From NCBI GenBank assembly GCA_964016885.1, contig OZ024740.1, forward strand, positions 63,302,001 through 63,366,000: a DNA stretch of 64,000 nucleotides. Direction: 5' to 3'. Shown here piece after piece: positions 12,117 through 25,161 of this stretch. The translations under genes were made by a program, and so were the position numbers. A model generated the notes under the pieces. The model ran no database searches and was not told the origin of the DNA. It saw only the letters and a list, made by a program, of their open reading frames with translations. The DNA comes from Eledone cirrhosa (Eukaryota). Positions within the stretch are counted from its first letter, which is position 1; each line of letters opens with the position of its first letter.

Positions 12117-12782
12117 TATAACATGTTGAAGACCTTACGCTATTATTTTAAAGTAGTGACTATGCAATAATGATTAATCTCCTTTGTATATATTCGATTA
12201 AAGAAATATATTTCACCATTAATCGGTGAATCACAGATGTTAAATCTTGGATCATGGGCAAAGGAGAAGATTTAGCTAACTCTGATTACACACTAAAAGC
12301 AAATCAGGGAATAACGGTGAAAAGCACATGTGGTTTTAAAAATACACATCGCTCCGCCGTCAGGCCAGTGGCGTGAATAAGGTTTCAACAGAAAAGGTTC
12401 TACTAACAGAATACTTAGGAGCCGTAAATACTACCAAAATTAAATTAAAGATGTCATGTCTGAGAATATCAGAATATCAGAATAAAATTTAAAAAAAAAA
12501 CAGATGTCCTACACGAGTAAAAGTATAAGGAAACGAATCTGAAATTACAACTGGAATCTTTTTAAGAATATTTATTTGTTTCCTTTACCGGTTTCACAGT
12601 TGTTATGCTTTTCAAAAGTATAATTGAGATGGAGAGGTTGTGATAAAAACTACAAACCCTCAATCTCAATTCTACTTTTGAAAAGCATAAGAACTGTGAA
12701 GCCGGTAAAGGAAACAAATAAATATTCTTAAAAAGACTACAGTTGCGTTTTCGATTTCTTTCCTTATATATATATATATATA

Positions 12783-12975
12783 CAGGGGCGGTAGAAGCAT
12801 TTCTGAATTAATGGGTCCGAATTTGGACAATTTAGTTGTAACCTCGAGATGCGATAAACATAACATGTACATAAATTGAAGCAAATATCCAAATAAATGT
12901 GAGTTTTGCTAGTTTGAGTAAAAAATATAATTATTGGAAGGGGGGTGCCCTTCCCCCATAGTTCCACCGCCACTG
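12783..12975. mobile_element. Non-autonomous hAT-like MITE
   Basis: TIRs caggggcggtagaa / ttccaccgccactg inside (TA)n. A related terminus (caggggcggtggaact) starts at ~63908. Confidence 0.6.
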
Positions 12976-13084
12976 TATATATATAATTTAAAAAAATTAT
13001 GCTTGTGCCCTTTCCTGAAGGATTAATATATCGAGCTTCTTCGCACATGGTAAGAAGCTGGTATTATACCCAATTTATTCATCT

Positions 13085-13192
<108 letters not shown>

Positions 13193-13210
13193 ACAGCACA
13201 ATATATAACT

Positions 13211-13278
13211 CTCTGTCTGATGAACGATCTAGACGTATGTTAATATTGCCTAGGGTCCTGAAACCTTTGGTAATGGAG
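13211..13278 (+). ncRNA. Minimal type-I hammerhead ribozyme
   Basis: ctctgt-CTGATGA-acgatctag..ctagggtcct-GAAAC-ctttg-GTA-atggag. Downstream catagagcact.tttttcc resembles the Naiad leader at ~7167. Confidence 0.8.
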
Positions 13279-13372
13279 TAGTTGTATATTGTGTTGTTTA
13301 CTTTCTAATTAAATAGCTCTGTTCTATACATAGAGCACTCTTTTTTCCTTTGCTTTTTCTTCGGAAATACTT

Positions 13373-13419
<47 letters not shown>

Positions 13420-13422
<3 letters not shown>

Positions 13423-13626
13423 AGAAAGTTAGAGTCTGAGCGGGGATGGCGGAAGGTAAGGTGTGTGTGTGTATGTGTAGATGTAAGTGTTTGTGTGTAT
13501 GTGTGGATTTAAGTGTGAGAGTCTGGGAGGAAGCGAGAGTATGTGAATGTGGGTTTTGAAAAACCATTGTGTGTGTTGGGGTGGAGTGTATGTTTGTGCG
13601 TGTTTAGTCCCTGTATGGGTGTAGGT

Positions 13627-13663
<37 letters not shown>

Positions 13664-15300
13664 TGTGTGTGGATGGAGCGGGACGGATGGGATGAAATGA
13701 GATCGTGTCAAATCCGGAGCTGGTCTGGGGTGAAATGTGGTGTATGTGTAGATGTGCAAGTTTGTGTGTTTGTGTGGTTAAAAGAAGGTGATGCGTGGTA
13801 TTTCTGTAGGTGATGTTGGTTCGTGTAAGGTGCGTAGTTTTGTGTGTGAGGAAATGGTGCAAGTGACTGTGTGTGTCTAAGTTTCTGAATGGAGGTTGGT
13901 GTGTGTGTGTGTGTGGATTGTAAAGACCCGAAGGTACACTAGGTGGATTTCAACGTGAGGTAAATTCCAAGTTCAAGTAGAAGAAAATGGCGATGAGGAA
14001 GTAATGTGAAAAAATCGTAATGTGGCGTACGCAACCGGAAATAGTCAAGTCGAAAGAGAGGGAGGAGAAGGCGGAGAATTTGATGATGGCAGGGCAATGT
14101 GTGAGAGGGGGGAGGAGGTGGTGCTGACAAAACTTGGTGGGTGAGAGTGATAGTAGTACTACTATGTGTGCGAGAGGGTAGTTAGCTGTGTAGACAGGCA
14201 GGTGTGAGGGGGTGAGAGTGTGTATGGATTATATGTATGTGTGTAGAAGCGTAGTGGACATGTGAGGAGGTAGTGTCGGTGTATAAATGAATGTATATAC
14301 AGGTGTGTGTTTAGGTGTAAGTGCGTGTGTATTTTTGTTATGTAAGAGTGGTAAGGGTGAACGAAAGGGTGGTTGTGTGAGTGGGTTAGGTGTGGGTGTG
14401 GGTGGTGATAGTAAGGGAGGGGGAACAGGAGAGGGGAAGGTACATGTGTACATACACGTGAGTATATATACTGGTGTGTATGTGTGTGTGTGCGTGTTTA
14501 GGGTGTAAGTGCGTGTGTTTTTGTGGTGTAAGGTGGTAAGGGTGAAGGAAAGAGTGTTGGGGGGGTAGTGTTATTAGAGGGGCGAATTGTGGGTAAAGGT
14601 TAGTGGTGATAGTAGAGGGAGGCGACGGGAGAGAGGAAGGTGCGAGTGGGTAGTAGGTGAGGGCGAAAGGGTTAGTGCGTTAGTGGGGGTGGGGTAGACG
14701 GTAATATGGGGCAAAGGGTGTGTGTGTGTGCGCTGTTGAGTGGAGTTGGGGTGGAGGTGTGGGTGGTGGTAGATAAGTGAAGTTAGTGTTAGGTAGGGGG
14801 AGTCAGTCAGGGGTTAAAGGAAGAGGGTGGGGATTTCAAACCGGGGGGCGGTGCATGTCTGTAATTGGAAGATGGTACGTTGTTCAGCCCCAAGTTGGGC
14901 ATTGGATGTTCCAGGGTACGCAATCAGGCCGCAGACAGTCAAGTTGTGAGCAGAGTATCCGGCTGAGCAGAAGTGTCGGGCGATGTGGGAACGAGCCGAG
15001 GCGGATGTCGTGGAGGTGCTCGGCGAACCGGTCGGCCAGACGGTGTCCGGTCTGTCCGACATAGGTCACGCCGTACTGAGTGTAGCGGAGTCTGTAGACA
15101 ATGCTAGAGAAGGTGCAGCGAAAGGAATGCCGGACAAAGAGGGAGCGGTCGTTGGGTCCTTGGAAGGTAGTGGTCTTGGTGATATGGGGGCATATGTGAC
15201 AGCGAGGTCGAGCAGGGAAGGGATCCGGGGTGGAACGGGGCTTGGGGTAGGGAGCTCCGGTCGAGGAGGTTGCGGAGGTTATGTCTAATACAAGATGGTG
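13420..15300 (-). mobile_element. Penelope-like element 3' part (GIY-YIG + long CA-rich 3' UTR)
   Basis: ORF 14884-15327: C..CPHI.KTTTFQGP...F.C..SSIVY.L....G.TYVGQTGHRLADRFAEHL.DIR, continuing EQRTIFQLQT..P. This is a non-Naiad (Neptune/Poseidon-like) EN. Confidence 0.8.
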
Positions 15301-15571
15301 TAAGACAAAACAAAGGAGACACACCAAATAAAAACCTAGTCACTGAAAAGGTCACAAGATGTGAAAGGAAGGAGCTTTGACAATATATAAACAACGTTCC
15401 TGTTATCGAACCAACCAACTAACCAACCAACCGGAAACCTATAATAAATTAAAGTGAAATCCAACAGGTGCGTGTGTTTTTATTGGCAACATGACCCTCC
15501 CGAAATATAACAATATCTATTTCAACACACGTTTTCAGATAAGAAATCTCGCAAAACAAATTCAAAAACTA

Positions 15572-15613
<42 letters not shown>

Positions 15614-15722
15614 GCGCAACTAGAAAGTAACTATGTACATATATACACATTCATACATATAAACATGCATGTACACATATACAAAGAGTTAACCAAAGAT
15701 ACTTAAAATTGACAATAAATAA

Positions 15723-15939
15723 TGGTTTCTTAAATAGGCACAAAGCCAGCAATTTGGGGGGAAGGGAAAGTCGATTAAATCGACCCCAGTTGCCAGCCTG
15801 GTACTTTATTTTATCGACCCCTTAAGGATGAAAGGCAAAGTTAACCTCGGCGGGATTTGAACTCAGATCATAAAGGGACGTAACTCTATGCTTGAAAGGG
15901 TGGTGTCCGACTCTCTACCGATACTGCCAAACCACCACC
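15723..15939 (-). mobile_element. SINE family A (long variant) with TSD
   Basis: Reverse complement of the family A core. Flanking aaattg(a/c)caataaataat duplication. Confidence 0.9.
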
Positions 15940-16167
15940 AAATTGCCAATAAATAATATTTATAAGTTCAATGTGTTTATGTCATGATAGATAGAAATGT
16001 GGAAAAGATGGCATTTAAAGAAAGAAAAAAACAGTGACATATAAAACAGAAAATGTACATTAAATTCAAAATGGATTTCTTAAATCACTTAATATCTTAC
16101 AGTTGTTTCAATACACTAATCAAATAATACTAATGTCAGTTCAACATAATAAACTAAACGGGGAAAA

Positions 16168-17337
16168 TATTAGGTTGGGCAGATGTTTCGCAGTTTTTCA
16201 AATTTTTATTGACTTTGGCGTTTTTTTAACATTAGGAAAAATTTACAATTTATAATAATGGCCTTCATATGCAATTACCGTGTACAATCCTTTAACGTGA
16301 TTCTATCCCTGTAATATCCTTCTGGTTTCAATGCAAAGAATTCCGCCAGCTACAGATTTAACTGCTCTTTATTAGCGAAGATCTTTAACTGCATTTCATT
16401 GCATTGTTCATTGAGAGAAAAAGGTGCTAGTCTGTAGAACCTCCCAACTTAGCCCCAGCAGCTTCTTACAGATCATCCTCGATGTGGGCGGCCGAACATT
16501 ATCATAAAGAAATAGAGCTGGACCATGGTGTGGGCGCACCTGTGCGATTTTCGCTGCTAATCTGGCAAGTTGTTAGTAATAGACATCGGAGGTTATGCTA
16601 ATGTTTGGTTCTAGTAGTGGATAACACCTTTCCAGTCTCATCAGACTCTAAGTAAGACCTTGCGATGGTTGAGGCCAGCTTTTGCATGCCCTTGTCGCAC
16701 ACTCCCTTTATCAATCCACGATCGCTTGCGTTTGACAGTACTGTAGAGACACCCTTTTTCATTACCATTGTCAATGGAACATAACTGGCTGCTTGTGCAA
16801 TGGTGGGGAGCAAAGAAGTCACATCTGCCGCCCGAGATTCACCCTCATGACCAGTAAGATGTTGGAGCCCCCATTGTTCTAGCTTGGTCACCTTCCCTGT
16901 TGTATGCAAGTGATTAAGGATGTGTGGGTGTGATGACTGGCGAGGTTTGGATTCCACCAGTTCATACAGTTGCTCGTCATTGAAATCGGATAGACGTCCT
17001 GCTAGAGGTCGATCTTCAAGGCTGTAATCACCGGAACCGAAGCGTGCAAACCAGTCCCTTGCAGTACGTTCAGATATGGTGTGCAACCCAAATGAATTGA
17101 TAATGCGACGAAACGATGCTTCTGCGCTTAGGCCAGATTTGAAGTCATAAAGTAAACAGCCACGAATAAACGTTTTGGATGGATCCATACTGCTTCCCTT
17201 TTTACGACGTAACAGAAAATGAGAAACGTACACAATGCATTCAAAAGTCACTTCTTAAATATGTATGCATACGTAATCTTCAAAATTTCCAGAAAGATCT
17301 ACCAAAATACCTCGGGAACATTCTGTCCAACCCAGTA
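16168..17337 (-). mobile_element. mariner DNA transposon (decayed)
   Basis: ORF 16598-17251 has the mariner HTH (IRGCLLYDFKSG.SA..SFRRI...TISERTARDWFARF.SGDYSLED.P..GR). Imperfect TIRs ta-ttaggttgggcaga / tctgtccaacccag-ta with TA TSD. Confidence 0.88.
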
Positions 17338-17730
17338 TATACTGACAACGCTAAATACCATTAACTAGCGTATGTCTTCAGAGACAGCATACTGAAAAAC
17401 AATCGTGGGGAGATGTGTTCATCAATTGAAGGCTACATATTTAATGAAATTTTATAAGGCAATGAACCGTTAATCGTGACGTCATAAAGAACGTTACTGA
17501 TTATTTGAAATACTGCAAACAATATCGTGCAGACGAAGGAATAGGTCTAGATAGATTATTGCATTCAGGTAAAAAATAAAAAATAAATTAAGGTAAAAGC
17601 TAAAACTTACAATTCTCGAATCCACAGTCGGGCATGATCTTATCTTGAGCTGATTAATTGTATTTGTATGTGTGTGTGTATATATATATATATGTGTGTG
17701 GGGTGGGGTGGGGGGTGTATGTGTGGGTGT

Positions 17731-17806
<76 letters not shown>

Positions 17807-18070
17807 ATGCGGTGGTATGGACATATGATGCACATGGAGGATGACCGATGGGTGAAGAAGTGCTAAGAAATGCCAGTTGAAGGAAGACGTAGTAGAGGAA
17901 AACCACGAAAAACATAGGCGGAGGTGGTGAGAGCAGACCTCAGATCGATGGAGCTCACGGTGGAGATGACAAAAGACCGTGACAAGGGAAGAGATGTTGT
18001 GCTGAATAGGACCCGTTCCACCCTTGCAGGCAGGGAAAAGCGGGCGTAAAATGATTGTGATGATGATGAT
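17807..18070 (+). mobile_element. RTE-type LINE 3' end with (GAT)n tail
   Basis: [18 protein letters not shown]...GRRSRGKPRKT*.EVVRADL then tail gcgggcgtaaaatgat..gatgatgat. Confidence 0.8.
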
Positions 18071-18072
18071 AA

Positions 18073-18104
<32 letters not shown>

Positions 18105-18172
18105 AATAACCCACACACACACATATATATATGTACACCCACACACTCACGCATACACACACACCCATATAT

Positions 18173-18277
18173 ATACAAGGTGTCCCAAAAAATGTATATA
18201 CAGTTCAACAGCATTCTAATAAATATTGCTTGAACATGTAATCAAAATGTTTATACATTTTGGGTGGACAATCTGTA
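18173..18277. mobile_element. Tc1/mariner-like MITE
   Basis: Imperfect TIRs tacaaggtgtcccaaaaaatgtatataca / tgtttatacattttgggtggacaatctgta in TA context. Confidence 0.55.
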
Positions 18278-18467
18278 TATATATATATATATTTATTTAT
18301 TGAAATAACAGATTAAAGTTTAAGCAAAGAATCGCTGCTTTAACCCTTAACGTGATTTTAGTCTTCACATTTATTATTATTATTATTATTCTTTGAGTTT
18401 CAGTCATTGATGTTATTTAACTGGAAAGTTTGTTGAAATGAATATATTATTATTATTATTATTATTA

Positions 18468-18780
18468 TTGTTGAAAGATGGGTGAGAGAGGCAAGTATGG
18501 CCCGAATGAATGGGCCTTCTCTGAGTATGTGTCTGTAAATTAAAGGTGGAAAACTGGGAGAGGGCACTTGCCCTGGTGGTCAGGGCCACTGTGGTCTTTT
18601 AATGGGCTTTCTCCACAAATGTCCCTTGGAAGTCTCCCCCCTATTGGGGAATTTTTCTTTGTTATTTTATTTCAACCTCTGTTTTTTTACACGCAGAAAT
18701 GCCCATTTGTACCGTCCTGTATTGTCCTGTACTGTCCTTAATGTCTACTTTATGTGAACCCTTGTGGTTAATAAAGAAAA

Positions 18781-18781
<1 letters not shown>
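18468..18781 (+). mobile_element. Tx1/L1 LINE 3' fragment
   Basis: Near-identical to 23067-23382. Flanked by (ATT)n on both sides. Confidence 0.9.
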
Positions 18782-18853
<72 letters not shown>

Positions 18854-18855
<2 letters not shown>

Positions 18856-20162
18856 AGTTGCATTTATCTTGCTTTATGTTCATACGAGTTATCACCAAGT
18901 CACAACCAGTGACCTCAAGAGACAACAAGGTCCGCCATGTTCAAGAAAGAACATACATACTCACACATGCATCTTTAGTGTTTAGACTTGTGATGTACTT
19001 ATATTGACAGAATCTTCCTTAGTATATGGGCAGTTCCCATTAGTACTATCTTTTGTATTTCTCCTATACGCGGGCTTCCTGGGATTTGCGATAAGTAATC
19101 ATTAGACCCCTTAGGTATCATTCCCAGAGCGCCTACAACCACTGGTATTGTTTTAGTTCTCAATTTCCACATTTTTCCAATTTCTATCTCCAGGTCCTTA
19201 TACTTGCTCAATTTTTCAAATGTTTTTATAGATACATTCTTGTCTATTGGAACAGACATATCAATTAGCAGGCATCCCCTCTTTTTAAAGTCCTTCAATA
19301 TTATATCAGGTCTATTTGCATCTATTTTTCGGTCTGCTTGGATGCTAAAGTTCCACAAGATTGAGATGTGATCTTTTTCAAGTATGGGAGGTGGTTGATG
19401 CTCCCACCAATTCTTTTGATGGGGCAGGTCAAAATGCTTACACATTATCCAATGTATGTATTGTGCAGCTCTGTCATGCCTGTTTAGGTATTCGGTTGGA
19501 GCTATAGGACTGCACATTGAAATTATATGGTCAATGGTCTCTGGTTGTTTTTTGCATACACGGCATAATGGGCTGCATCCATTTTTTATTATGTTGGCAG
19601 ACACTGATCTTGTGCTGATATAATCAGTCCTTCAGCCTCCGATTTCAGTCCAGAGGATGCCAACCACTGATGGGTTAAAGTTTTGTCAACATCAGGATTG
19701 TTAGCTCTTTCTGGGTATTTTCCATACAGAGGCTTTTCTTGCCATTTCTTAGCCAGTTTCTGTAGCAGTTCTTTCTTTGCAGTTACTTTTACCTGCTTTT
19801 CTTTTTCTGTGTTTTCCATTTCAGCAGTAAATGGGACTTCTGAAATTTGTAGTCCATTACTGTATCTTTGTGCATCTTTTGTAATAGAGTATGATCTTTT
19901 GATGCTTTCGTGTTTCAAAACGAGTTTGATCATCCAATCATGTGATTCCCTTAGATATGTAGATAATCCAATTGTTGCAGTTTTCAACGCAATATCTAAC
20001 TGGATTAACCCACGTCCTCCTTCTTTCCTAGGGAGATATATTCTATCTGTATCTGCCTTAGGGTGATGCATTCTGTGCATGGTTAAGAATTTTCTAATTT
20101 TTGTATCGAGCCTACTGATCTCTGTGCTTGACCAGTTGATGACATTGTAACTGTAGGTTACT
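18854..20162 (-). mobile_element. R4/Dong-clade non-LTR retrotransposon, 5'-truncated (RT C-term, CCHC knuckle, restriction-like endonuclease)
   Basis: MHHPKAD.DRIYLPRKEGGRGL, E.EGLIISAQDQ, CRVC...PETIDHIISMC......YLNRHD, ILW.F.IQ.D..I.ANRPDI, LIDMSVP, EKL.KYKDL. One frameshift at ~19600. (TAA)n on both sides. Confidence 0.88.
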
Positions 20163-20180
20163 ATTATTATTATTATTATT

Positions 20181-20240
20181 AAAATAAAGTACCAGTAATG
20201 CACTGGGTAATTGCTGGCCTTGTGCCTAAAGTAGAAACAA
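20181..20240 (+). mobile_element. SINE family A 3' fragment with (TAT)n tail
   Basis: aaaataaagtaccagtaatgcactgggtaattgctggccttgtgcctaaagtagaaacaa. Confidence 0.85.
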
Positions 20241-20263
20241 TTATTATTATTATTATTATTATT

Positions 20264-23200
20264 GGCGACCTACGTAGTAAATCGTATTATCGTGAGCTCC
20301 GCAAAGGTTTGTTATTTTCAGTTGTTTAAAATTGCCATTTATGGAAAAATGTTATTGTTAACTGTATATAAGTGCACATACATTGTTATCTGAAAAGGAC
20401 ACTCAAAACGATTGGGGCCTTGAGCCCAAAATTTAAACTTTTATAGTTATCAAATAAAAATTTTTCTTTGAAAAAATCATGGACGACTCAGTGTCACACC
20501 TTCCTCACAAACTAACACCTCACACCGACACCACCATTGTAAATATTACTACGTTTGCCAACACTAAAAATATAAGCAGTAGCAATATTTTAAATTTGTT
20601 TCAAGCAGACATTCATTTCCCGCCATTACCAATGACTGCAGGTGTTGAAGCCGCCACCCCCACACCACCACAGCGACAACAGAAACAAAAGAAATAATAA
20701 ATTATCTTGTGATATCGAAATGATTTCACCCAGATTGAACTCTTCCACACCGAACACCACTGACGCCACCACCACCACAACTGAAACTAAAATTAAAACA
20801 ATAACAAAAATAACGATAACAACAACAGCAACAATGAAATTAAGAAAACCACCCTGTCTTTTGCCAGAGTAGCAAAAAAGTGCGAAGCATTCCGGGTAAC
20901 TCAGGAGGAATTAGAAGAAGCCAAAAGACAGCTGTTCGGGGGCAGCGGCGGGCCGGATCGAGGGATGGACTTTAGTGTCTACCTCGACGGACTGCCGCGG
21001 CTCTCGGCGACTGAGGCGGAGTGTTGCGAAAAGCCGATAACAGCCGCTGAAGTACGGGAGGCAATGACTAGCTGCACAAGGGGTAAATCGCCTGGTTTAG
21101 ATGGTCTGCCCTATGAACTTTACGTACAGATGCCAGACTTGTTCGGAGGCCTCTTGGCAGACGTCTACTGCAACTGGCAACAGAACGGGAGAATTCCCAG
21201 CTCTGTGAGTCGAGGAGCTGTGGCGCTGCTGAGAAAGGATCCGAACAAGGGGGATAACATAGATAATTTCAGGCCCATAACTCTGCTAAACACAGAGTTC
21301 AAGATTTTGGCCAAGGTGCTAGCAAAGAGGTTGGCGCTTGTCGTTGGTGGTCTGGTGGGAGAGGCGCAGACATGCGCCATTCCCGACAGATCCATCCACG
21401 ACAACCTCCACCTCATGCGATACATCGTAGAGAGGGTAGCTAGGGAACCTGGCACGGGTGGGTCCTTGATCAATTTAGATCAGTCGAAAGCTTTCGATAG
21501 GGTCGACCATCGTTACCTAGCGGCAGTCCTGAAGGCGGCTGGCTTTGGGCCCGTCTTCAGAGGCTGGATCGCTGCCATGCACAGCGACATCTGCTCTGTG
21601 GTGAGAGTGAACGGTCACCTTTCGGAACCGTTCAACATCATGCGCTCGGTCCGCTAAGGATGTCCCCTCCCGTCCCTCTTGTACGTATTGACTCTCGAGC
21701 CATTACTGCACAAACTGGAGACGTTGAGGGGGGTCCCGCGCGAATTAGGATGCGGAAAATCCGTGTCAGCATATGCGGACGATGTCACCGTAGTGGTGTC
21801 GAATGCCAAACACATCGAGGCGATCGGCACTACACTAAGAGAATACGAAGCGGTGACAGGAGCAATGATCAACCAGGAAAAGTCAGTGGGCCTGCAGCTC
21901 GGCACCTGGAGAGGCAGGTCCATGCCGTCCAACAGCGTCATCGGGCGCTGGACGGACGGACCGGTTAAATTGCTAGGGGTCTGGTTCGGTCCGGACCTCC
22001 AGACGGACAAAAACTGGGACGAGGTGACGAGCAGGGTGGCTTCTCTCACCCAGAAATGGGCGGAGAAGAAGCTATCCCTGAAAGGTCGAGCGGAGGTGGC
22101 TAACGCGTACATCGCGTCCGTCATCTACTACCGCCTGACCGTCGTACCTTGTCCTAAGCCCCGCCTGACTGCGCTGGAGCGTTTGCTCTTTCGCTTTTTG
22201 TGGAAGGGACGCGCTCCGATGGTCAGGCGATCCATCTGCTGTCAACACCCACTACATGGAGGGCTGGGCATGCCGTGGCTGATGATGCGCAGACACGCGC
22301 TCAGGCTACGACATCTCCACCTCTTCCTCGACCGTGATCAGGTGTGGTTGCCGTTTGCTAGACACGTCTTTCCCCAGCTCGTCTCCTTGACGGAGCTGCA
22401 GTCCTGGGTCAAGCGAAGACCGAGAGGGAGCGCTTGGAGACTGGAATGTCTTCAGGCGCTCACAGCCCTCGACCAATCGGGCAATGTGATCGGTGGAAAC
22501 TCCACCTTGGCGTTCTATAGAGGATTAGTGGAGGGGAAGAGCGACGACGTACTTGGAGAAACTCTAGGCGTCGACGAAAATCAACTAGCCAATCTCTTCG
22601 GAAGGACTTTCGGGCCGGGGCCTATGGACAACTTTCAGAAATCCCTGGCCTGGCAGTGCTACCGAGGAGCTTTGCCAGTTCGGGATAAACTCTACAGGCA
22701 TGGAGGTGCCGTCAGCCGGGCATGTCCGAGATGCGCGCAGGGCGACGAAACCGTCCTGCACGCACTCGTCCAGTGTCCGAGCATTGCTGACTTGTGGGTT
22801 TATGTTGAACACCTGCTGTCACGTGTAGGACGGATCCAGCTATCAGCTGAGTCCATCGTGAGGATTGCCCGGCCCTCTACCTTTAGCCGGGAAGGGCAGG
22901 CAGTTTTTATGTCTGGAGGCCATGGCGAAAGAGATAGTATGGTGGACACGTTTGAAAGGGCTGAAGACGAGCACTTACCTCTTCAGTGATGCCCTGATTA
23001 ACTTTTTCAAATTTCATTTGAAAACGAAAATCAGGGTAGAGAGGGAAGTGCTCTCTTCCCACCATTTTGTTGAAAGATGGGTGAGAGAAGCAAGTATGGC
23101 CCGAGTAAATGGGCCTACTCTGAGTATCTGTCTGTAAATTAAAGGTGGAAAACTGGGAGAGGGCACTTTCCCTGGTGGTCAGGGTCACTGTGGCCTTTTA

Positions 23201-23381
23201 ATGGGCTTTCTCCACAAATGTCCCTCGGAAGTCTCCCCCTTATTGGGGAATTTTTCATTTTTATTTTTTATTACATCCTCTTTTTTTTTACACGCAGAAA
23301 TGCCCATTTGTACCGTCCTGTATTGTCCTGTACTGTCCTTAATGTCTACTTTATGTAAACCCTTGTGGTTAATAAAGAAAG

Positions 23382-23382
<1 letters not shown>
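20264..23382 (+). mobile_element. Tx1/L1-clade LINE (internally deleted), (TAT)n tail to 23442
   Basis: Starts after (TAT)n. A leader/ORF1-like stub joins directly to the ORF2 RT. The 3' UTR is duplicated at 18468-18781. Confidence 0.8.
20965..23137 (+). pseudogene. Tx1/L1 ORF2: reverse transcriptase + C-terminal CCHC zinc finger
   Basis: GKSPGLDGLP, NFRPITLLN, LDQSKAFDRVDH, R*GCPL (nonsense at 21655 replacing Q of QGCP), YADDV, CPRC...ETVLHALVQC. Frameshift at ~22905. Confidence 0.92.
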
Positions 23383-23448
<66 letters not shown>

Positions 23449-23975
23449 AATATATATATACATATATACAATCAAACGAATATCATTGTTAATTATTTTG
23501 CCTCGAATAATAAAAAAAATACAGAAAGCTAGCTCAGCGAATTATGAATATTGGATGAGAAATTTATATGCATTGATTTCATACTCGACTCTAAATCATA
23601 CAAAGAAAAGGAAATTGGATATTTTACAAATTTCTTTTATGCATTCATATATATATTAATGAGATAATATCTCTACTCTCCTGTTTTCAACATCGTTTGT
23701 TGTGAGGATTTCTCTTTAAACGGCTCTAGACTGTATATTTCTAGAGACTGTGGTTGTATATGATATGATATTTATGAGTTTCCTTAGGACATTATACAAG
23801 TTAATAAATCACAGTCAAGCATTGAAACTTCACAGCAGACCTCAGCTCCTCAGCCACACTGGAAATCTTTCATTAATCTATGATACGCACCTATTCTTCG
23901 GTTATTTGTGTGTGTACATGTACATACATACACACACTCACACACTCACACACTCACACACACACACATACACAC

Positions 23976-24078
<103 letters not shown>

Positions 24079-24692
24079 CATATATATATAGATTGTATCC
24101 GAAGAAGACGGTCTGATCGAACCTATCTATAATGTCTGATAGTATACTTATATAACTGCTATAGATCAGTCAATATGTCAATATGATCAAACCTCCAAAA
24201 CGATCGTAAAACAATGATACGAATAGGTAAAATAACTTAACTTTGTTATTATTTTCATTGTTAAATTAATATCTAATATATATATATATATATAAATACA
24301 TGCACATACGCACGTACTACTGACCAAATAATGTTTGGTATCAATGGGTTAAAGACATTAGTGTCTGCAGTTCTGTTTACATGCCAACACAAGAGCAAGA
24401 ATGAGGGGTTCATTCTACTGACATGGCTTTAAAAATGAGGCTTGTCTGCATAATTGCAAACGAATCGAATGTTATTATTAATATTCGATAAAATCAGATT
24501 ACATTTATTGTATTCAGCCATGTAGAGCGAAAATTTATATTTATATATATATATATATATATGGAAAGTTATATTTAAAATTGTTGGGTTACAACTAGTA
24601 AATATTTATAACTGATATAAAAGCACTCGACAAATATTTGGAGTATATTTACAATATTAAATAAATGGAAACTATATTTATAAAACCATATT

Positions 24693-24758
24693 TATTTCAT
24701 TATATATATTTCGGGGATATCATATTAACAATATGCTATGCCTTCCTCAGACAAAATA
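24693..24758 (-). ncRNA. Minimal type-I hammerhead ribozyme (inverted pLTR copy)
   Basis: Reverse complement of 27227-27292. Confidence 0.82.
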
Positions 24759-25161
24759 CAATATAAACAGTTTTATAGATAAATAGATTCGACATACCGT
24801 TATAACACCGACTTGCATTTGAAGAGGTTAAGCTGGCAGTGAAAAAATTTTATACAGAGAGAAAGAAAGAAAGAGAGAAAAGAAAGAAAGACAGAAAACG
24901 AAGAAAAGGAAGAAGAAGAAGAAATGCATGGAACAAAATATAGAGATGGAAAGATAGATAAAGAGAAGAACTTCATGTAAAGAAACAGAAAGATATATAT
25001 ATATAGAGAGAGAGAGGAAATAGAGATAGATACATATATATATAGAAAATTAGGTAGTGGGAGGTCATTTTGAGTAAATGTATCAATGATACATTTATTT
25101 ATTTATTTATTTATTTAGCTCTAGTATTAATGTAAGGGAGATATATAGAGAGAGAAAAAAA

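Noticed and set aside
17340-17390. Minus-strand ctgaaga plus hairpin next to the mariner
   Set aside because: No GAAA/NUH found on either side of the mariner insertion.
24095-24135. Hammerhead at ccgaaga-agacggtct
   Set aside because: No GAAA...UH core 3' of the hairpin.
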